DNA of 64,000 nt from Takakia lepidozioides (Eukaryota; Plantae; Bryophyta). How positions within the stretch are numbered: the first letter of the stretch is position 1; every line of letters starts with the position of its first letter. The notes beneath the pieces were generated by a model. That model was not told the DNA's origin. It saw only the letters and a list, made by a program, of their open reading frames with translations, and searched no databases. The position numbers were made by a program, and so were the translations under genes. Shown here piece after piece: positions 62,333 through 64,000 of the stretch. The stretch is taken from the NCBI GenBank assembly GCA_030704615.1, contig CM060732.1, forward strand, positions 52,700,001 to 52,764,000, given 5' to 3'.

Positions 62333-64000
62333 CTTGTAATCTGGCCTGACAAGCCTGGGCGATGTTCAAGCGTTGTAACTTTCAGTGGATATCAACAAAT
62401 GTAACACCCCGGGGCCAGCAGAATTCTCTCTGGACAGAGCCTTGAAGATGCGTCGAGATTTCCACGAGTCCTTCTAGAGATACATCTATGAGCACTACAC
62501 AGACTCTGATCATTCTTCACCAGCCGTATCAGCTGCACAAATTAGATTCTGCCAGCGCGCTCGCACCCCTTAGTAGCAGTCTTGTAACCATGAAGATGAT
62601 GTCCAATGGAAGGTTCGGCACTATTCAACATACCAAGAACAAATCCATGTTGTCAGAATATTTGAAAGCTTCATCCTGGACTCTCTCTCCACACTCGAAG
62701 TTCATGCTTACAAATGAAAGCTCGAGTAACTAGTCCGAGGAGCTCAACGTTGGTACTACTACGAAGATACCTGCAACAACACCCATCAACTTGTAGTATA
62801 GACGGACGATCTCGTCACCTCCACCCTGCTCTTGAGCAAGCATCTACAGAAGTGTATTTCATGACAAGTAATCAGAGCTCTGGGCAACAAGGAGAACCAA
62901 CAGTGCCAGAACCAGGCTGCACGAGTAGAACGAACTCCAAGCGTAGCTAGATGGGTGCGAAAGTGTTACTCTCAAAACCGAATTAAGAAAGGAATTCATA
63001 CGACAAGGGAGGCAGAGAAGAAGGATCCGCAGCGGTAAGAGCAGGGAAGGAGAGGTGGGCAAGCCGCAGGTGCGCCCTACCTTAAACGGGGTGGGTAGAA
63101 GACTGTCGGTAATAGGCTGCACTGCACACTCACTAGCAGGGATGAGATCTGAAGGGCGGACCCACCTTCCATTTTGATGTAAGATTACCCTTCGAGTGAA
63201 GGGTGAACTTACTACACAAATAGTTCATGGATTGCAGAATTTCACAAGGAAACGCAATTTCAAGGGAAACCGCAGGTTAAAATGTTGCTTCATCCAGCCT
63301 AGCACAATGCAAAGATTGATGTCTTAGATATGCTCTTTGTTTCATACATGAGGAGTCAGAGGAAGAAGGAGACTAAGGAGAAAGCTTCTATCAATGTGGG
63401 TATTTAAAGAGCTGGCTATGGTATGTGAAGCCTCACAATTTTGTGAAGGGAAAAATAAAAAAACTCTCATCCAATCTCATCCCTTACCGACAAGTGCAAC
63501 AGTCCAATTTCTTGACCAGTGACTTTGCTCAACACTGAGTCCTCTCATCAGTCTCATTGCATAAGGCGAATGCGAGTCCCAAACGTCGGCTTCATCCCAC
63601 CTCCCAACTCTCCCAGATGTTTCGCCCATGTTGCCCTCCGGCACTAAGTTGGGAAGACCGATCAGCTTGAATAGCTTAGTTTAGCTTGCTTCTCTGTCCT
63701 CCCTTTTTTATCCTTTCCCAGGCTTTGGGGTCTTTCTATCCTACATACGGTATGTTCAAATAAAGCTGTACAGGATTTCAATGGTTCAGACTTCAGACAG
63801 AACTAAATTGTCTTGCTTGTCTCCAACGGAGGTAACTGGGGGAGGTTGGAACTCCATGAGTTGACTAGTTTCCATGTGCGTTGGAGGTCACCCACTTACA
63901 CTTTCCTACAGTAGTTGCGAGGAAGTTCAGCGTCCCACATGCCCACCATCACGGCTGCAACATGTTATCACGGGAGAAGCAGCACAGCCCAGTGATCTGC

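Overview
Eukaryotic nuclear DNA, most likely from a seed-free land plant (inferred from a Replitron-type HUH remnant, plant-type genes and short introns). About 1-37.5 kb is a decayed transposon nest. It holds a chromovirus integrase and gag, a PIF/Harbinger remnant and a Replitron HUH remnant. It also holds a Ty3/gypsy-like host element ('D', about 9.46-37.5 kb, mostly minus strand) into which two members of a second LTR family inserted: 'AB' (TSD AGACC) and 'C' (TSD GTTGC). At least two overlapping inversions then scrambled the nest, and TSDs and split protein motifs let them be undone. The AB/C family carries an extra ORF that starts inside the LTR upstream of gag and a roughly 1,150-1,200 aa accessory ORF between pol and the PPT. 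Element D has a dUTPase-like segment between protease and RT, a -1 frameshift signal, an extra upstream ORF and unusual termini with no visible paired LTRs or PBS. About 37.7-64 kb is gene space: an intronless TOM1/THH1-family gene, a multi-exon POLAR-like gene, the first exon of a GT4-type glycosyltransferase, a divergent AP2/ERF gene, and MITE, SINE and tandem repeats. All calls come from reading the sequence; no database search was run.
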